Shown here one piece after another: positions 23,577 through 34,463 of a stretch of 34,729 nucleotides of DNA. Origin of the DNA: Planctomycetaceae bacterium (GTDB lineage: Bacteria; Planctomycetota; Planctomycetia; Planctomycetales; Planctomycetaceae); NCBI GenBank assembly GCA_020426425.1, contig JAGQQB010000001.1, positions 1 to 34,729 of the forward strand. The letters run 5' to 3'. The notes beneath the pieces are model-generated. The model worked only from the letters and a program-made list of their open reading frames with translations, did no database searches and was not told the origin of the DNA. Every line of letters begins with the position of its first letter. The first letter of the stretch is position 1. Position numbers and translations under genes: made by a program.

Positions 23577-26525
23577 CTAAGCGGCAGTCGCCACCGGCTT
23601 CGTCTTGCGATTCATCAGCCAGACCAGCACGGGCGAGGCGACATAAATCGAGCTGTACGTACCGACGATGATGCCGAACAGCAGGCAGAAGGCGAAGCCG
23701 TGAATCCCTTCGCCACCCATGAAGTACAGAATCAACAACACGACGAGTGTCGTCATCGAGGTGAGCAAGGTCCGGGAGAGTGTCTGGTTCAGGCTCAGAT
23801 TGATCATTTGATCGGTCATCGCCGGATTCCGTCCACGGACTTCGCGAATGCGGTCGAACACCACAATCGTGTCGTTCAGCGAGTAACCGACAATGGTCAG
23901 GAACGCAGCCACGATCGAGAGGTTGATCTTAAAGTCTTCCAGCAGCAGGATGTTCCGCAGCGGTGTGTTACTCAGGTATGAGGCGACTGCGACGGCCCCC
24001 AGAGTGATCAGCACGTCATGCACGAGTGCGACCACGGCGGCGAGACCGAAGTTGACCGCCTGGAACCGCAACCACAGATAGGCGACGATGGCGCCCAAGC
24101 TGAAGATCATCGCGGTGATGGCTGCCGTCTGCGTCTCACCAGCGACCTGACCGTCAAACGTGTTCACTTCTTCAAACAACGGCTTGCCATCCATTTCACT
24201 GGTCATGGCAGTCACCAGCAGATCGACCGATTCCCGAGGAATCGCTTGAGCCAGGCGAATTTGGACATCGTTCACCTTGGTTCCCGGCGCGATGCCATCG
24301 TCCACAGGCTGTACGGCAATCAAATCGGGAACGTCGGCCTCGCCGAAACCTTTCACGTCATTAACGAGCGTGTCCATGATCGACGCCTTCACGCCAGCGG
24401 CGGTCATCGCTTCTTTCAGGTGGAGCGTGGTCTGATGTCCGCCCGGGAACAGATCAGGCTTCTCGTCGGCGGCTGGGGCTTCCTCTGCTGGAGGAATCGC
24501 TTCAATCGCGCCGAACTCGATCTGCTGGGTCATCAGTTTCATCTCGGTGCCAGCGAACGCCTGACCGACTCGGTCCTTCACGCTTTCGGCGATGTCTTCT
24601 TCCGATTTGGCGATGATCGTCCGCAGGCGATACATCTTTTCTTTCTGACCGTTCTCATCAACTTCGAGTTCTTCCAGAGAAATCGACTTGTCGAACTTGG
24701 CTTCCAGCGTGCTGCGAATCTCGCTGAATGCGGGTGACTGACCCTCTTCGAATCGGAAGGTCGCCATCGCGCCGCCACGGAAATCGATGTCCAGGTTGTC
24801 CTGACCGCGAGAGCCAACGGCGAACAATCCAATCGCGATGAGCACGATCGAGAACAAGGCCGCGACCTTCTTCTTGCCCACGAAGTCGAAGTTCGCGTTG
24901 TTGCTGATCAGGCTGAACATTTTCAGATCGGTCAGCCAGCGTTTCCGTTCGGCGATGTCGAAGATCAACCGTCCGATGTAGACGGCGCTAAACATACTGG
25001 TGCAGATGCCGACGAACAGCGTGACCGCAAAACCTTTCACCTGATCGGTGCCGATGTAGTACAGCACGACGGCAGTAATCAGGGTGGTGATGTTGGCATC
25101 GAAAATGGTCGAGAAGGCTTTCTCGAAACCGTTCTTGATCGCCATTCGCAGGCTGGACCCCTTGTCCCGTTCTTCGCGCATACGTTCGAAGATCAGCACG
25201 TTGGCATCGACCGCCATACCGACGGTCAGCACCAAACCTGCGAGGCCGGGCAGGGTGAAGGTGGCGTCAATCAGCGCCATCACCCCCAGCACGAGCAGGA
25301 TGTTGATCGCCAAACAGATATCGGCGACGAAGCCCGCCGTGAGGTAATACGCACCGGTCACGACGAACACGGCCACCAGCGACCAGATCATCGCCCACTT
25401 GCCCTTAACCTGTACGTCTTTACCGAGCAACGGACTCACAGTGGACTCATTCACTGGCTGCTTCTTGAGCGGCACTTCGAGCGCCCCGGCGTTCAGCACG
25501 CTGAGCAGTTCGTCGATTTCCGCCTGAGTGAAGTTACCGTCAATTTCCCCTTCGCCACTGGGAATCGGAGAATTGATGACCGGTGCCGAGTGAACCTGAT
25601 TGTTCAGGAGAATAGCCAGGTGTGTCTTTGGGTTGCCTTCGCGCGGCTGATACTTCGTCGTGACTTCGCGGAACAGCCGAGCGCCATCTGAGTCGAGACT
25701 GAACGCGACCGACAAACCGGACTGCCCCAGGCGTTCCGAGACACTCCGCAGCATGCGGCCAGTCACGCGGCGTTTCGGATTCGGGTCAACGACGACGAGG
25801 AACTCGGTCGTTTCACGGCCCCCATGCCGCGCCCTGCGGGTCAAACCGTTTTCAACGGCACTGATCTTTTCTTCACCGTCGGCTGTTCGAGCCGTTGGAC
25901 GCCACATGCCGACCAGCTGACCATCCTGATACAGTTCAGTAACGGCATCTCCTTTTTCCTCGGCCAGCGCGACCAACTTCGGATGGTCCGCCGGATTCGC
26001 CAACATTGCGAATTCCAGTTCCCCCAGGTTCACGATCTTGCGCTTGGTCTCTTCGACCTTTTCCTGGTCGGCACCGGGCACAATCACTTCAATGCGGTCG
26101 TTGCCGACCACACGAACCGTGACTTCCTCGGTCCCGGTCGGATTCACGCGGAGCCGGACGGCCGCGACCATCTTGTCCATCACCGCCGGGGTGATGTCCT
26201 TGGATGTCTGCTGACGGTCGACCTCGTACACGAGGTTGGTTCCCCCGGCGAGGTCGATCCCCAGTTGCAGTGCTTCATTGATTGGCTGAAGGCAGAAAGG
26301 AATCGCCGCCAGGGTGATGCAGAACAGCGTCACGCCGAGGCGATTGGCGATATCTTTCATCTTCAGTGCAACGGCGATCATGTTCCCCAACAGGAACGGC
26401 AGAATGATCACGCCAATCACGATCGCGAACGTGATCACGCCACCCCAGGGATTCGCTTCCGCCGCCTGCACCGCAGTGCCTTCCTCGGCGGCCAACATCA
26501 ACCAGTTTTGACCCAACGGGTTCAT
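23577..26525 (-). CDS. secDF: fused protein-export membrane protein SecDF
   Basis: 982 aa. The SecD-like N-terminus has LGIDLAGGTNLVYEV and a large periplasmic domain, followed by six TMs (GFVADICLAINILLVLG, VLTVGMAVDANVLIFERMREE). The SecF-like half has FDFVGKKKVA, DIDFRGG and SLNDTIVVFDRIRE. GGAG lies 8 nt before ATG 26525. Confidence 0.95.
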   Translation of the reverse strand: MNPLGQNWLMLAAEEGTAVQAAEANPWGGVITFAIVIGVIILPFLLGNMIAVALKMKDIANRLGVTLFCITLAAIPFCLQPINEALQLGIDLAGGTNLVYEVDRQQTSKDITPAVMDKMVAAVRLRVNPTGTEEVTVRVVGNDRIEVIVPGADQEKVEETKRKIVNLGELEFAMLANPADHPKLVALAEEKGDAVTELYQDGQLVGMWRPTARTADGEEKISAVENGLTRRARHGGRETTEFLVVVDPNPKRRVTGRMLRSVSERLGQSGLSVAFSLDSDGARLFREVTTKYQPREGNPKTHLAILLNNQVHSAPVINSPIPSGEGEIDGNFTQAEIDELLSVLNAGALEVPLKKQPVNESTVSPLLGKDVQVKGKWAMIWSLVAVFVVTGAYYLTAGFVADICLAINILLVLGVMALIDATFTLPGLAGLVLTVGMAVDANVLIFERMREERDKGSSLRMAIKNGFEKAFSTIFDANITTLITAVVLYYIGTDQVKGFAVTLFVGICTSMFSAVYIGRLIFDIAERKRWLTDLKMFSLISNNANFDFVGKKKVAALFSIVLIAIGLFAVGSRGQDNLDIDFRGGAMATFRFEEGQSPAFSEIRSTLEAKFDKSISLEELEVDENGQKEKMYRLRTIIAKSEEDIAESVKDRVGQAFAGTEMKLMTQQIEFGAIEAIPPAEEAPAADEKPDLFPGGHQTTLHLKEAMTAAGVKASIMDTLVNDVKGFGEADVPDLIAVQPVDDGIAPGTKVNDVQIRLAQAIPRESVDLLVTAMTSEMDGKPLFEEVNTFDGQVAGETQTAAITAMIFSLGAIVAYLWLRFQAVNFGLAAVVALVHDVLITLGAVAVASYLSNTPLRNILLLEDFKINLSIVAAFLTIVGYSLNDTIVVFDRIREVRGRNPAMTDQMINLSLNQTLSRTLLTSMTTLVVLLILYFMGGEGIHGFAFCLLFGIIVGTYSSIYVASPVLVWLMNRKTKPVATAA

Positions 26526-26539
26526 CCGGAAAACTCCAG

Positions 26540-26577
26540 CCCCATCACTTCCCGAACACCTCGGGCCGTTGATGGGG
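26540..26577 (-). other. intercistronic two-tier stem-loop between yajC and secDF
   Basis: CCCCATCA (26540-26547) pairs with TGATGGGG (26570-26577). The inner pair is CCCGA/TCGGG. It sits about 15 nt upstream of the secDF start on the transcribed strand. Confidence 0.4.
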
Positions 26578-26620
26578 AGCTAAGACTAGAAAGGACTCGG
26601 TAAACTCAGGCGACAAGCAA

Positions 26621-27025
26621 TCAGCTCTTTGCCGGTTCTTCACTACTTGAACTCTTCGGGAAGTCGCGGATCGCCCACGCTTCGATCTTCATGCGGGTGT
26701 TGTCATCGATCTTGATTGTGATCTCCGACTTGTCCTGCGATGCACTCACAAATGTTCCTTTGATTCCACCGCTGGTGACGATGGGATCATTCTTCTTCAA
26801 CGCGGCAATCTGATCCGTGCGGCGTTTCGACTCACCTGACTCGCCCCGCTTGAGCATCATCTGCACCAGCAGCATGAATGCCAGGGCTGGCAACATGATG
26901 GTGAGCAGTCCGCCCCATGGATTCTCGTTCTGCTTGGCGGCTTCGCCTGGATCGACCGGCACCCGTTGCAGGGTGTCGTCGGCCAGTATCAGCAACGTAT
27001 TCAGCCAGGACCACATGGACATCAC
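26621..27025 (-). CDS. yajC: preprotein translocase subunit YajC
   Basis: Single TM LLTIMLPALAFMLLVQMML, followed by the YajC core KKNDPIVTSGGIKGTFVSA...ITIKIDDNTRMKIEAWAI. It has the classic position between tgt and secD. Confidence 0.85.
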   Translation of the reverse strand: MMSMWSWLNTLLILADDTLQRVPVDPGEAAKQNENPWGGLLTIMLPALAFMLLVQMMLKRGESGESKRRTDQIAALKKNDPIVTSGGIKGTFVSASQDKSEITIKIDDNTRMKIEAWAIRDFPKSSSSEEPAKS

Positions 27026-27086
27026 ACACTGTTAAACCCAACCCCCGTGGATCACTGGGATTCAGGTAACCGCTACGGCCTCATTG

Positions 27087-27109
27087 AATGAGGTTCCCAG
27101 AACCTCATT
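27087..27109 (-). other. 10-bp stem-loop (AATGAGGTTC-cca-GAACCTCATT) between tgt and yajC, with a competing upstream pairing partner
   Basis: The arms at 27087-27096 and 27100-27109 are exact complements. CCTCATT at 27079-27085 can alternatively pair with AATGAGG at 27087-27093. Confidence 0.4.
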
Positions 27110-27140
27110 CGACGCCGCCGAGAAAATTGAAGCGGGTAGT

Positions 27141-28577
<1,437 letters not shown>

Positions 28578-28623
28578 TTATCGAGCTTGTGCGGCCCCAC
28601 ACATCCGGTTGAGGAACCAGAAG

Positions 28624-29268
28624 ATGTCCAGACTTTCAAGACTTTCCGTCGTCACACTTTCGGGGCTGACGCTGTGCCTGAGTGTCACACTGAGCCCGTC
28701 CACCGCACTGGCTGATCCGCCGGCTCAGGAGAAAGAGGGCAAGGCTGAAGCGCCGCGCAAAGGACCGCCATTTGGTCGCGGCTTCGGTCGGCAGAACGAT
28801 CCCAAATTCCAGGAGGATCATGAAGTCTTCTTCTATCTGCTGGAACACCGCAAGTCGATTACCCGCACGGTCAAATTGCTCGACAACGGGATCGAAACGG
28901 TGACCGAATCGAAGGATCCGGAAGTCGCCGCCAAGATTCAGGAACATGTCGCCGCGATGTACGACCGCGTGGAAAACAACAAACCGATCCACATGCGCGA
29001 TCCCCTGTTCCGCGAGCTCTTCCGCAACACGAAGAAGCTGACGATGAAAGCCGAGGAGACCGAGCACGGCGTGAAAGTGACCGAAACCTCCGACGATCCT
29101 TATGTGGCGAAACTGATTCAGTACCACGCCGAGGTCGTCTCGCTGTTCATCAAGAATGGCTTCTCGGAAATGCCGAAGAACCATGACCTCCCACCGAAGG
29201 ATGGAGACGAGGCGAAGCCAAAGGAGGGAGCCGAGGCACAGCCGAAAGACTCGGTCGAGGGCAGGTAG
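28624..29268 (+). CDS. secreted hypothetical protein with internal ~36-aa duplication
   Basis: GAGGA (28611-28615) lies 8 nt before ATG 28624. The signal peptide is MSRLSRLSVVTLSGLTLCLSVTLSPSTALA/DPP. Two ungapped-alignable repeats contain G[IV]x[TV].....DPxVAxxIQxH. The C-terminal tail is Lys/Glu/Pro-rich. Confidence 0.75.
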   Translation: MSRLSRLSVVTLSGLTLCLSVTLSPSTALADPPAQEKEGKAEAPRKGPPFGRGFGRQNDPKFQEDHEVFFYLLEHRKSITRTVKLLDNGIETVTESKDPEVAAKIQEHVAAMYDRVENNKPIHMRDPLFRELFRNTKKLTMKAEETEHGVKVTETSDDPYVAKLIQYHAEVVSLFIKNGFSEMPKNHDLPPKDGDEAKPKEGAEAQPKDSVEGR

Positions 29269-29303
29269 TTTCGCTGTGCCAACTGCGAAAAAAGCACACC
29301 CGG

Positions 29304-29330
29304 CAGCCGTTACCACTCAGGTAACGGCTG
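29304..29330. terminator. bidirectional rho-independent terminator between convergent genes
   Basis: CAGCCGTTACC-actca-GGTAACGGCTG forms an 11-bp perfect stem. On the plus strand it is followed by TCCTATTTT. On the minus strand a TTTTTT run follows about 10 nt later. It lies 36 nt after the plus-gene stop and 2 nt after the minus-gene stop. Confidence 0.75.
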
Positions 29331-29332
29331 TC

Positions 29333-29788
29333 CTATTTTGAGGACTCGTTCTTATGCGGTTCGTCAGCAGACGGTTCGTCCTGACCCGCCGCCCAGATCG
29401 CTCGAGCCAACATACCGCCGAACCAGGCCAGGGGCAGATAGATCAGCAAATCAAGTACCGCGAACCAGACAGGATGCGGTATCGTCACCAGATTGCCGAT
29501 GCCAGCGATCAGGAAGAGCGTGCCGACCGTCATTGCGCCACGCAGTGAATTCGACTTTGAGATCCATTGGCAAACGGCTGCGCCGGCGAACGCTCCATCA
29601 GCATGTGCCAGCAGGACCAGAATGAACGCTCCGGGAGGGAGCGACTCGATGAACTTGCTCAAGTCCTCTGGATGTGTCAGGTCAAGTCCCGCTGGGGGAG
29701 GATAAAGCGAAGACGAAATCGTCTCACCGATGGCGACAAAAACAGAGCCGACCACCAGTCCCAGCAACACGGCGAGTGCGAAACGCAT
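29333..29788 (-). CDS. small integral membrane protein (151 aa, about 4 TM helices)
   Basis: Hydrophobic helices: FALAVLLGLVVGSVFVAI, GAFILVLLAHADGAFAGAAV, AMTVGTLFLIAGIGNLV and VWFAVLDLLIYLPLAWFGGML. Its ATG overlaps the upstream stop (TAATG at 29786-29790). No family recognised. Confidence 0.7.
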   Translation of the reverse strand: MRFALAVLLGLVVGSVFVAIGETISSSLYPPPAGLDLTHPEDLSKFIESLPPGAFILVLLAHADGAFAGAAVCQWISKSNSLRGAMTVGTLFLIAGIGNLVTIPHPVWFAVLDLLIYLPLAWFGGMLARAIWAAGQDEPSADEPHKNESSK

Positions 29789-31530
29789 TAAGGTTGGTCC
29801 TGTTGACTTGGTGCTGACTGCGGTGAATCTCTAGTTTCGGGTGAGTCGTCCATGGCAGTGTTGTCCGCTGCCGCTCGCCCGCGCATCGCCTCCGCACGCT
29901 CCGCTTCCGGCAGCGTAATCAGTCCATCTGCATCCTGATCGATCGCTGCAAAATCTGCTTGCGAGCCAGGGAATTCCCGCCAGGAGACGTCGCCATCGAG
30001 GTTGCGGTCCATCCGGCGAAACCACAGCGGTCCTGATGCCTCTTCCCGTACGATTCCCTGTCGCGCGGCGGTGTTCATCGCGGTGTCGACGCGCACATCG
30101 ATTAGTTCCGGCTGACTAATGGTGATGCGAAACCGGCTCGCCAGTTCACTGCTCCCCAGCGCACCATCGCCATTGCGATCGTATTCGGTGAGTACATTGG
30201 TTGCGTCACGCAGTTCGCGCTCCGTCAGCCGATTGTCGGAGTTGGCGTCCAGTAGATTGAACAACACCTTGGCTTCGTTCGACAGGGTTGCCACGAGTCG
30301 GCTCTGTGCGGCGAGCCCATCCAGCGTGAAGTACAGATCGATTTCATCAGCGACCACCTGTTCGTTTCCATCAAGATCGACATCTTCGAATTGCGCTGGT
30401 GCCTGCAGGCCGGCGAACTCTCCTCGGTCCAGATAGCCGTTCTTGTCGGCATCTGAAGTCCGGAGGCGAATCTTGAACAGGCTCACCTGATCACGCAGAT
30501 CGCGGGCTTTGTTCCGGGCAACGTACTCCACCGGGACGCCCGCCAGGTCGAGGACCGGTCGGCCTCCTGACGAGATGACGGTAACAGTCTCTCCAGAACC
30601 AATGCGTCCCAGCGCGACTTGTGGCGGCGCAAGCGAGACCGACAGATTCAGTTGCGCGGGGGACTTCTCCAGATAACGCACCAGTTCCGCCGCGTTGAGC
30701 GATCCCTCCTTGTCCATATCGAAGGCGCGAAAGAATCGTTCGCTGATGCCGAGTTGCTCAGCATTGGTGAGAGGTTGGGCAGCTCCGTAGGTGGTCAAAA
30801 TGCGTTCCGCTGCACGCTCGCGCTCCGTCGTCGTGGTCGCGAGTACAAGTGGCAACTCCTGATCAGGATCGCGGGCATCTGCCATCTGTTGCGCCTGCAC
30901 TACCGAGAGCGGAAAGGGTTGCAACTCGGCGACGCTCAGGGCTTCGTCGTCATCAAAGTCCGATCGCTGCAACCGTCGCAATCCTTCGTCGAACTCCTCG
31001 GGCGAGATCGACTGATCGCCATTCGTGTCGAGTTCTTCATACAGTCGCACCGTCTGCGTTAGTCGCGGCACTTGGCGCTCCACAGTCAGGGGCGGTCCGA
31101 GTTGGACGTCGAGGCATCGCCGCAGTTCTTCCAGCGACAACAGATCGTCGGTCGGCTCGGTGTCATGCTCTTTCCAGTCAGTGCCGATCTTCTTTGCCGT
31201 CGCGATGAACCGACCTCCGAGTGGAATGGCAGCCGCTTCCGAGGAATCCAGCATTCCGTTGTGGTCCTGATCGAGTCGCTCGAAGGCCCCTTGCGCATAC
31301 CGCTGCCGCACTTGATCGAGCCCGAATGGACCAGCCTGAATTTGGACTTCCATCAGCACGGGCGATTTCGGACCCAGAAACACGAATCGATATGTCTGAG
31401 CGGCGCACTCGCGCATGTCCGCGACCAGCAGCAGGCAAAAACCGGCCAGAAACACCCTGATCCGGTGCTGGATGACCAAATCCCGTTGCGGTCGCCTGAT
31501 CGTAGTTGGCATTTGTGAACCTTCTGCCAT
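29788..31530 (-). CDS. secreted EF-hand repeat calcium-binding protein (about 9-11 loops)
   Basis: Loops include DQDHNGMLDSSE, DTNGDQSISPEE, DMDKEGSLNAAE, DADKNGYLDRGE, DANSDNRLTERE, DRNGDGALGSSE, DRNLDGDVSWRE and DQDADGLITLPE. The signal-anchor-like segment is IRVFLAGFCLLLVADMRECAAQ. Start chosen at ATG 31530 (alternatives 31512 and 31632). Confidence 0.8.
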   Translation of the reverse strand: MAEGSQMPTTIRRPQRDLVIQHRIRVFLAGFCLLLVADMRECAAQTYRFVFLGPKSPVLMEVQIQAGPFGLDQVRQRYAQGAFERLDQDHNGMLDSSEAAAIPLGGRFIATAKKIGTDWKEHDTEPTDDLLSLEELRRCLDVQLGPPLTVERQVPRLTQTVRLYEELDTNGDQSISPEEFDEGLRRLQRSDFDDDEALSVAELQPFPLSVVQAQQMADARDPDQELPLVLATTTTERERAAERILTTYGAAQPLTNAEQLGISERFFRAFDMDKEGSLNAAELVRYLEKSPAQLNLSVSLAPPQVALGRIGSGETVTVISSGGRPVLDLAGVPVEYVARNKARDLRDQVSLFKIRLRTSDADKNGYLDRGEFAGLQAPAQFEDVDLDGNEQVVADEIDLYFTLDGLAAQSRLVATLSNEAKVLFNLLDANSDNRLTERELRDATNVLTEYDRNGDGALGSSELASRFRITISQPELIDVRVDTAMNTAARQGIVREEASGPLWFRRMDRNLDGDVSWREFPGSQADFAAIDQDADGLITLPEAERAEAMRGRAAADNTAMDDSPETRDSPQSAPSQQDQP

Positions 31531-31660
31531 TAAGATTCCGCGCTGTATCCGTCCACAAGGCCGAACCGTTCTGCCGGGAACCGGCTCCGCCTGAGAGGTA
31601 GGAACCATCGGCGGGTTTCGAAGCCGATCCACCAGACACCTAGTCTACACCGCTGTTACG

Positions 31661-34273
31661 ATGAACACGAACGAATTGCGAGAAGCGTATCTCTCCTTCT
31701 TTGAATCGAAGGGCTGTGTCCGTCGGCCGAGCGACGTCCTTGTCCCCAAAGACGACCCCACCGTGCTGTTCACCCCGGCTGGGATGAATCAGTTCAAGAA
31801 CCAGTTCCTGGGAATTGGTCCGATCGACTTCACTCGGGCGACCACCTCACAAAAGTGCCTGCGGACAGGGGACATCGGTAATGTCGGCGTGACGGCGTAT
31901 CACCATACGTTCTTCGAAATGCTGGGGAATTTCTCGTTCGGCGACTACTTCAAGAAAGAAGCAATCCACTGGGCATGGGAATTCCTGACCGAAAAGAAGT
32001 GGCTCGGCCTGGCGAAGGACCGGCTCAAGGTCACTGTGTACCTCGACGACGATGAAGCGTACGACATCTGGCACAAAGAAGTCGGGCTTAGCACAGAGGC
32101 GATTCGCCGGGACGATGAATACGAAAACTTCTGGCCCGCTGGTGCTCCGACCGATGGCCCCGACGGAGTCTGCGGTCCGTGTAGTGAGATCTACTACTAC
32201 CCCCCCAGCGGTGGCAAAGAAGTCGAGATTTGGAACTTGGTCTTCACGCAATTCAATCGTGTCGGTAACCCACCCGATAACCTCCGCCCTCTCCCCAAGC
32301 AGAACATCGACACCGGCATGGGACTCGAACGCTGTGCGGCGGTACTGCAAGGTGTCGAGAGCAATTACGAAATCGACATTCTCCGCCCCCTGTGCGTCGC
32401 TGCTGGCGAAGCGCTCGACCGCAAGTATGAGTTCACCGCACCGGAAGGACGCGCGCTGCGTCGTATTGCCGACCATGTTCGCGCCTGCGCGTTCGCCATT
32501 CACGAAGGGGTCGCCCCTGGCAGTCATGGACCAGAGTACATTATCCGTCTGTTGCTGCGGCGGGCGTTTCTCGAAGGTTATCTGCTCGGCATGCGCGAGC
32601 CATTTCTGCATACGTTGGTGCCCGAAGTCAACGCTCTGATGTCCGTCCCTTATCCTGAACTCTCCAAGACAGAGAAAGCCGTTCGTGAAACGATCCAGGC
32701 CGAGGAGTCTCACTTCCTTTCGACCATTGATCGCGGCCTTGGCAAGTTCGAGAAACTGGTCGAGAAGGCAACCTCATCTGGCAGTAAGGAATTGCCTGGT
32801 AAGGAGGTCTTCGATCTGCATCAGACCGACGGTTTCATCCTCGACCTCACCAAAGCCCTCGCTGCCGATCGTGGACTCACAATCGACCTGCAAGGCTTCA
32901 AAGTCGCCGAAGACAAGCACAAGGCAACCAGCGGACAGGGTTCCTGGGGCGTGATGGCCGCCGGTCCGCTCGATGCGATCCAGCAGTCCGCAGGCGACAC
33001 CGAGTTTCTCGCCTACGACACCACGTCCGCCGCAGCCAAAATCGTGGGACTGGTCGTCGCCGGCGAGTCGGTCGAGTCATGCGATCTCGCCGATGCCCAA
33101 GTCGACGTCGTCCTCGATCGGTCCCCATTCTACGGCGAATCGGGGGGACAGGTGGGGGACAAAGGCGCGATCACCGGACAGGCGCTGCTGTTCGAAGTCG
33201 ACGACGCTCAGAAACATGCTGGCTTGATCGTCCATCGCGGTCGACTCGTCTCTGGGACACTCCGTGTCGGCGATACGGTGCAGGCGAACGTCACCAGCGA
33301 TCGTCGCGCTGGCATCCGACGCGCGCACTCGGCGACGCATATTCTGCATCATGCCCTGCACAAGGTGCTCGGTGAACATGCAATGCAGCGCGGCTCGAAA
33401 GTCGAGAACGATCAACTCCGCTTCGACTTCTCACACGGCGCTGCGGTGACGCCCGAGGAACTGCTGGAGATCGAAACGATCATCAACGAGAAGATCGCCG
33501 AAGGGGCGCCAATCGCCATTGACTACATGGACCTCAAGGACGCCAAAGCGGCCGGGGCCATGGCCCTGTTCGGCGAGAAGTACCCAGACCGCGTGCGACT
33601 GGTGGCGATGGGAGACTTCAGCAAGGAACTGTGCGGCGGCACGCACTTGAGCAACACCGGACAGGTGGGGCTGTGCAAGATCGAGCATGAGGAAAACGTT
33701 GCCGCCGGAGTGCGCCGCATCGTCGCCCTGACCGGTAAGAAGGCGCTGCAAAGAGTCCGCGACACCGAGAACCTGCTGCGCGATGCCGCCATTGCACTCA
33801 AGGCTCCGCAACTGCAGGAAGTGCCGCGCAAGGTGCAGCAACTGCAGGAGGAACTGCAACATCTGAAGAAGGAACTCGCGCAGTACACCAAGGCCTCGGT
33901 CAAAGACTCCGTCGCCAAGCTACTGGCCGATGCCGAAGCCATTGGCGATGCGAAGATTCTGTGCGTGCATCTCGGCAACGTCGACCGCGACTCGCTTCGC
34001 GAATACGCCGATCAGTTGCGTCAACAGGGAGGAGAAATCGCCTTGCTGCTTGCGACCGAAACCGAAGGCAAAGTCGCTCTGCTCGCGGCGGTTTCCAAAG
34101 ACCTCGTGAAGCGCGGAGTCAAAGCGGGTGACTGCGTCCGCGAAGCTGCCAAGATCGTCGGCGGAGGAGGCGGAGGCCGCCCCGACCTCGCGGAAGCTGG
34201 CGGCAAAGACGCGACGAAAATCGCCGCCGCCCTCGACGTCGCACGCGAGTTTTATCGCGGCAAACTAGCTTAG
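31661..34273 (+). CDS. alaS: alanine--tRNA ligase
   Basis: 870 aa. The N-terminus is [43 protein letters not shown]. The editing domain carries [16 protein letters not shown] is present, and the C-terminal DHHA1-type motif is [15 protein letters not shown]. Confidence 0.97.
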   Translation: MNTNELREAYLSFFESKGCVRRPSDVLVPKDDPTVLFTPAGMNQFKNQFLGIGPIDFTRATTSQKCLRTGDIGNVGVTAYHHTFFEMLGNFSFGDYFKKEAIHWAWEFLTEKKWLGLAKDRLKVTVYLDDDEAYDIWHKEVGLSTEAIRRDDEYENFWPAGAPTDGPDGVCGPCSEIYYYPPSGGKEVEIWNLVFTQFNRVGNPPDNLRPLPKQNIDTGMGLERCAAVLQGVESNYEIDILRPLCVAAGEALDRKYEFTAPEGRALRRIADHVRACAFAIHEGVAPGSHGPEYIIRLLLRRAFLEGYLLGMREPFLHTLVPEVNALMSVPYPELSKTEKAVRETIQAEESHFLSTIDRGLGKFEKLVEKATSSGSKELPGKEVFDLHQTDGFILDLTKALAADRGLTIDLQGFKVAEDKHKATSGQGSWGVMAAGPLDAIQQSAGDTEFLAYDTTSAAAKIVGLVVAGESVESCDLADAQVDVVLDRSPFYGESGGQVGDKGAITGQALLFEVDDAQKHAGLIVHRGRLVSGTLRVGDTVQANVTSDRRAGIRRAHSATHILHHALHKVLGEHAMQRGSKVENDQLRFDFSHGAAVTPEELLEIETIINEKIAEGAPIAIDYMDLKDAKAAGAMALFGEKYPDRVRLVAMGDFSKELCGGTHLSNTGQVGLCKIEHEENVAAGVRRIVALTGKKALQRVRDTENLLRDAAIALKAPQLQEVPRKVQQLQEELQHLKKELAQYTKASVKDSVAKLLADAEAIGDAKILCVHLGNVDRDSLREYADQLRQQGGEIALLLATETEGKVALLAAVSKDLVKRGVKAGDCVREAAKIVGGGGGGRPDLAEAGGKDATKIAAALDVAREFYRGKLA

Positions 34274-34463
34274 TCATCACGACTCGCCAACAGCATCCTC
34301 GCCCGCACTGCGACGACCACTACGTGTCCGCGACGCTGATGCCGGTGATTGCAACAGGCGACAGGATGGCATGAGCGCTGGTTACCGCTTACGATTCTTT
34401 GAAAGCTTTCCATCCACACGACTGCGTTTGTGCTGTCGTTTCACGAATTCTTATCGCTATTCC

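Noticed and set aside
22868-23981. 267-aa and 285-aa plus-strand ORFs across the hypothetical gene, the secDF terminator and the secDF 3' end
   Set aside because: They are Arg/Ser/Cys-rich and cross a terminator hairpin. They lie antisense to secDF and to a minus-strand ORF that has a GGAGG site and coding-like third positions.
34371-34463. Upstream in-frame ATG (34371) for the SDR gene
   Set aside because: The added residues (MSAGYRLRFFESFPSTRLRLCCRFTNSYRYS) look non-protein-like. SDRs normally start 5-20 residues before the TGxxxGxG motif, which fits ATG 34464.
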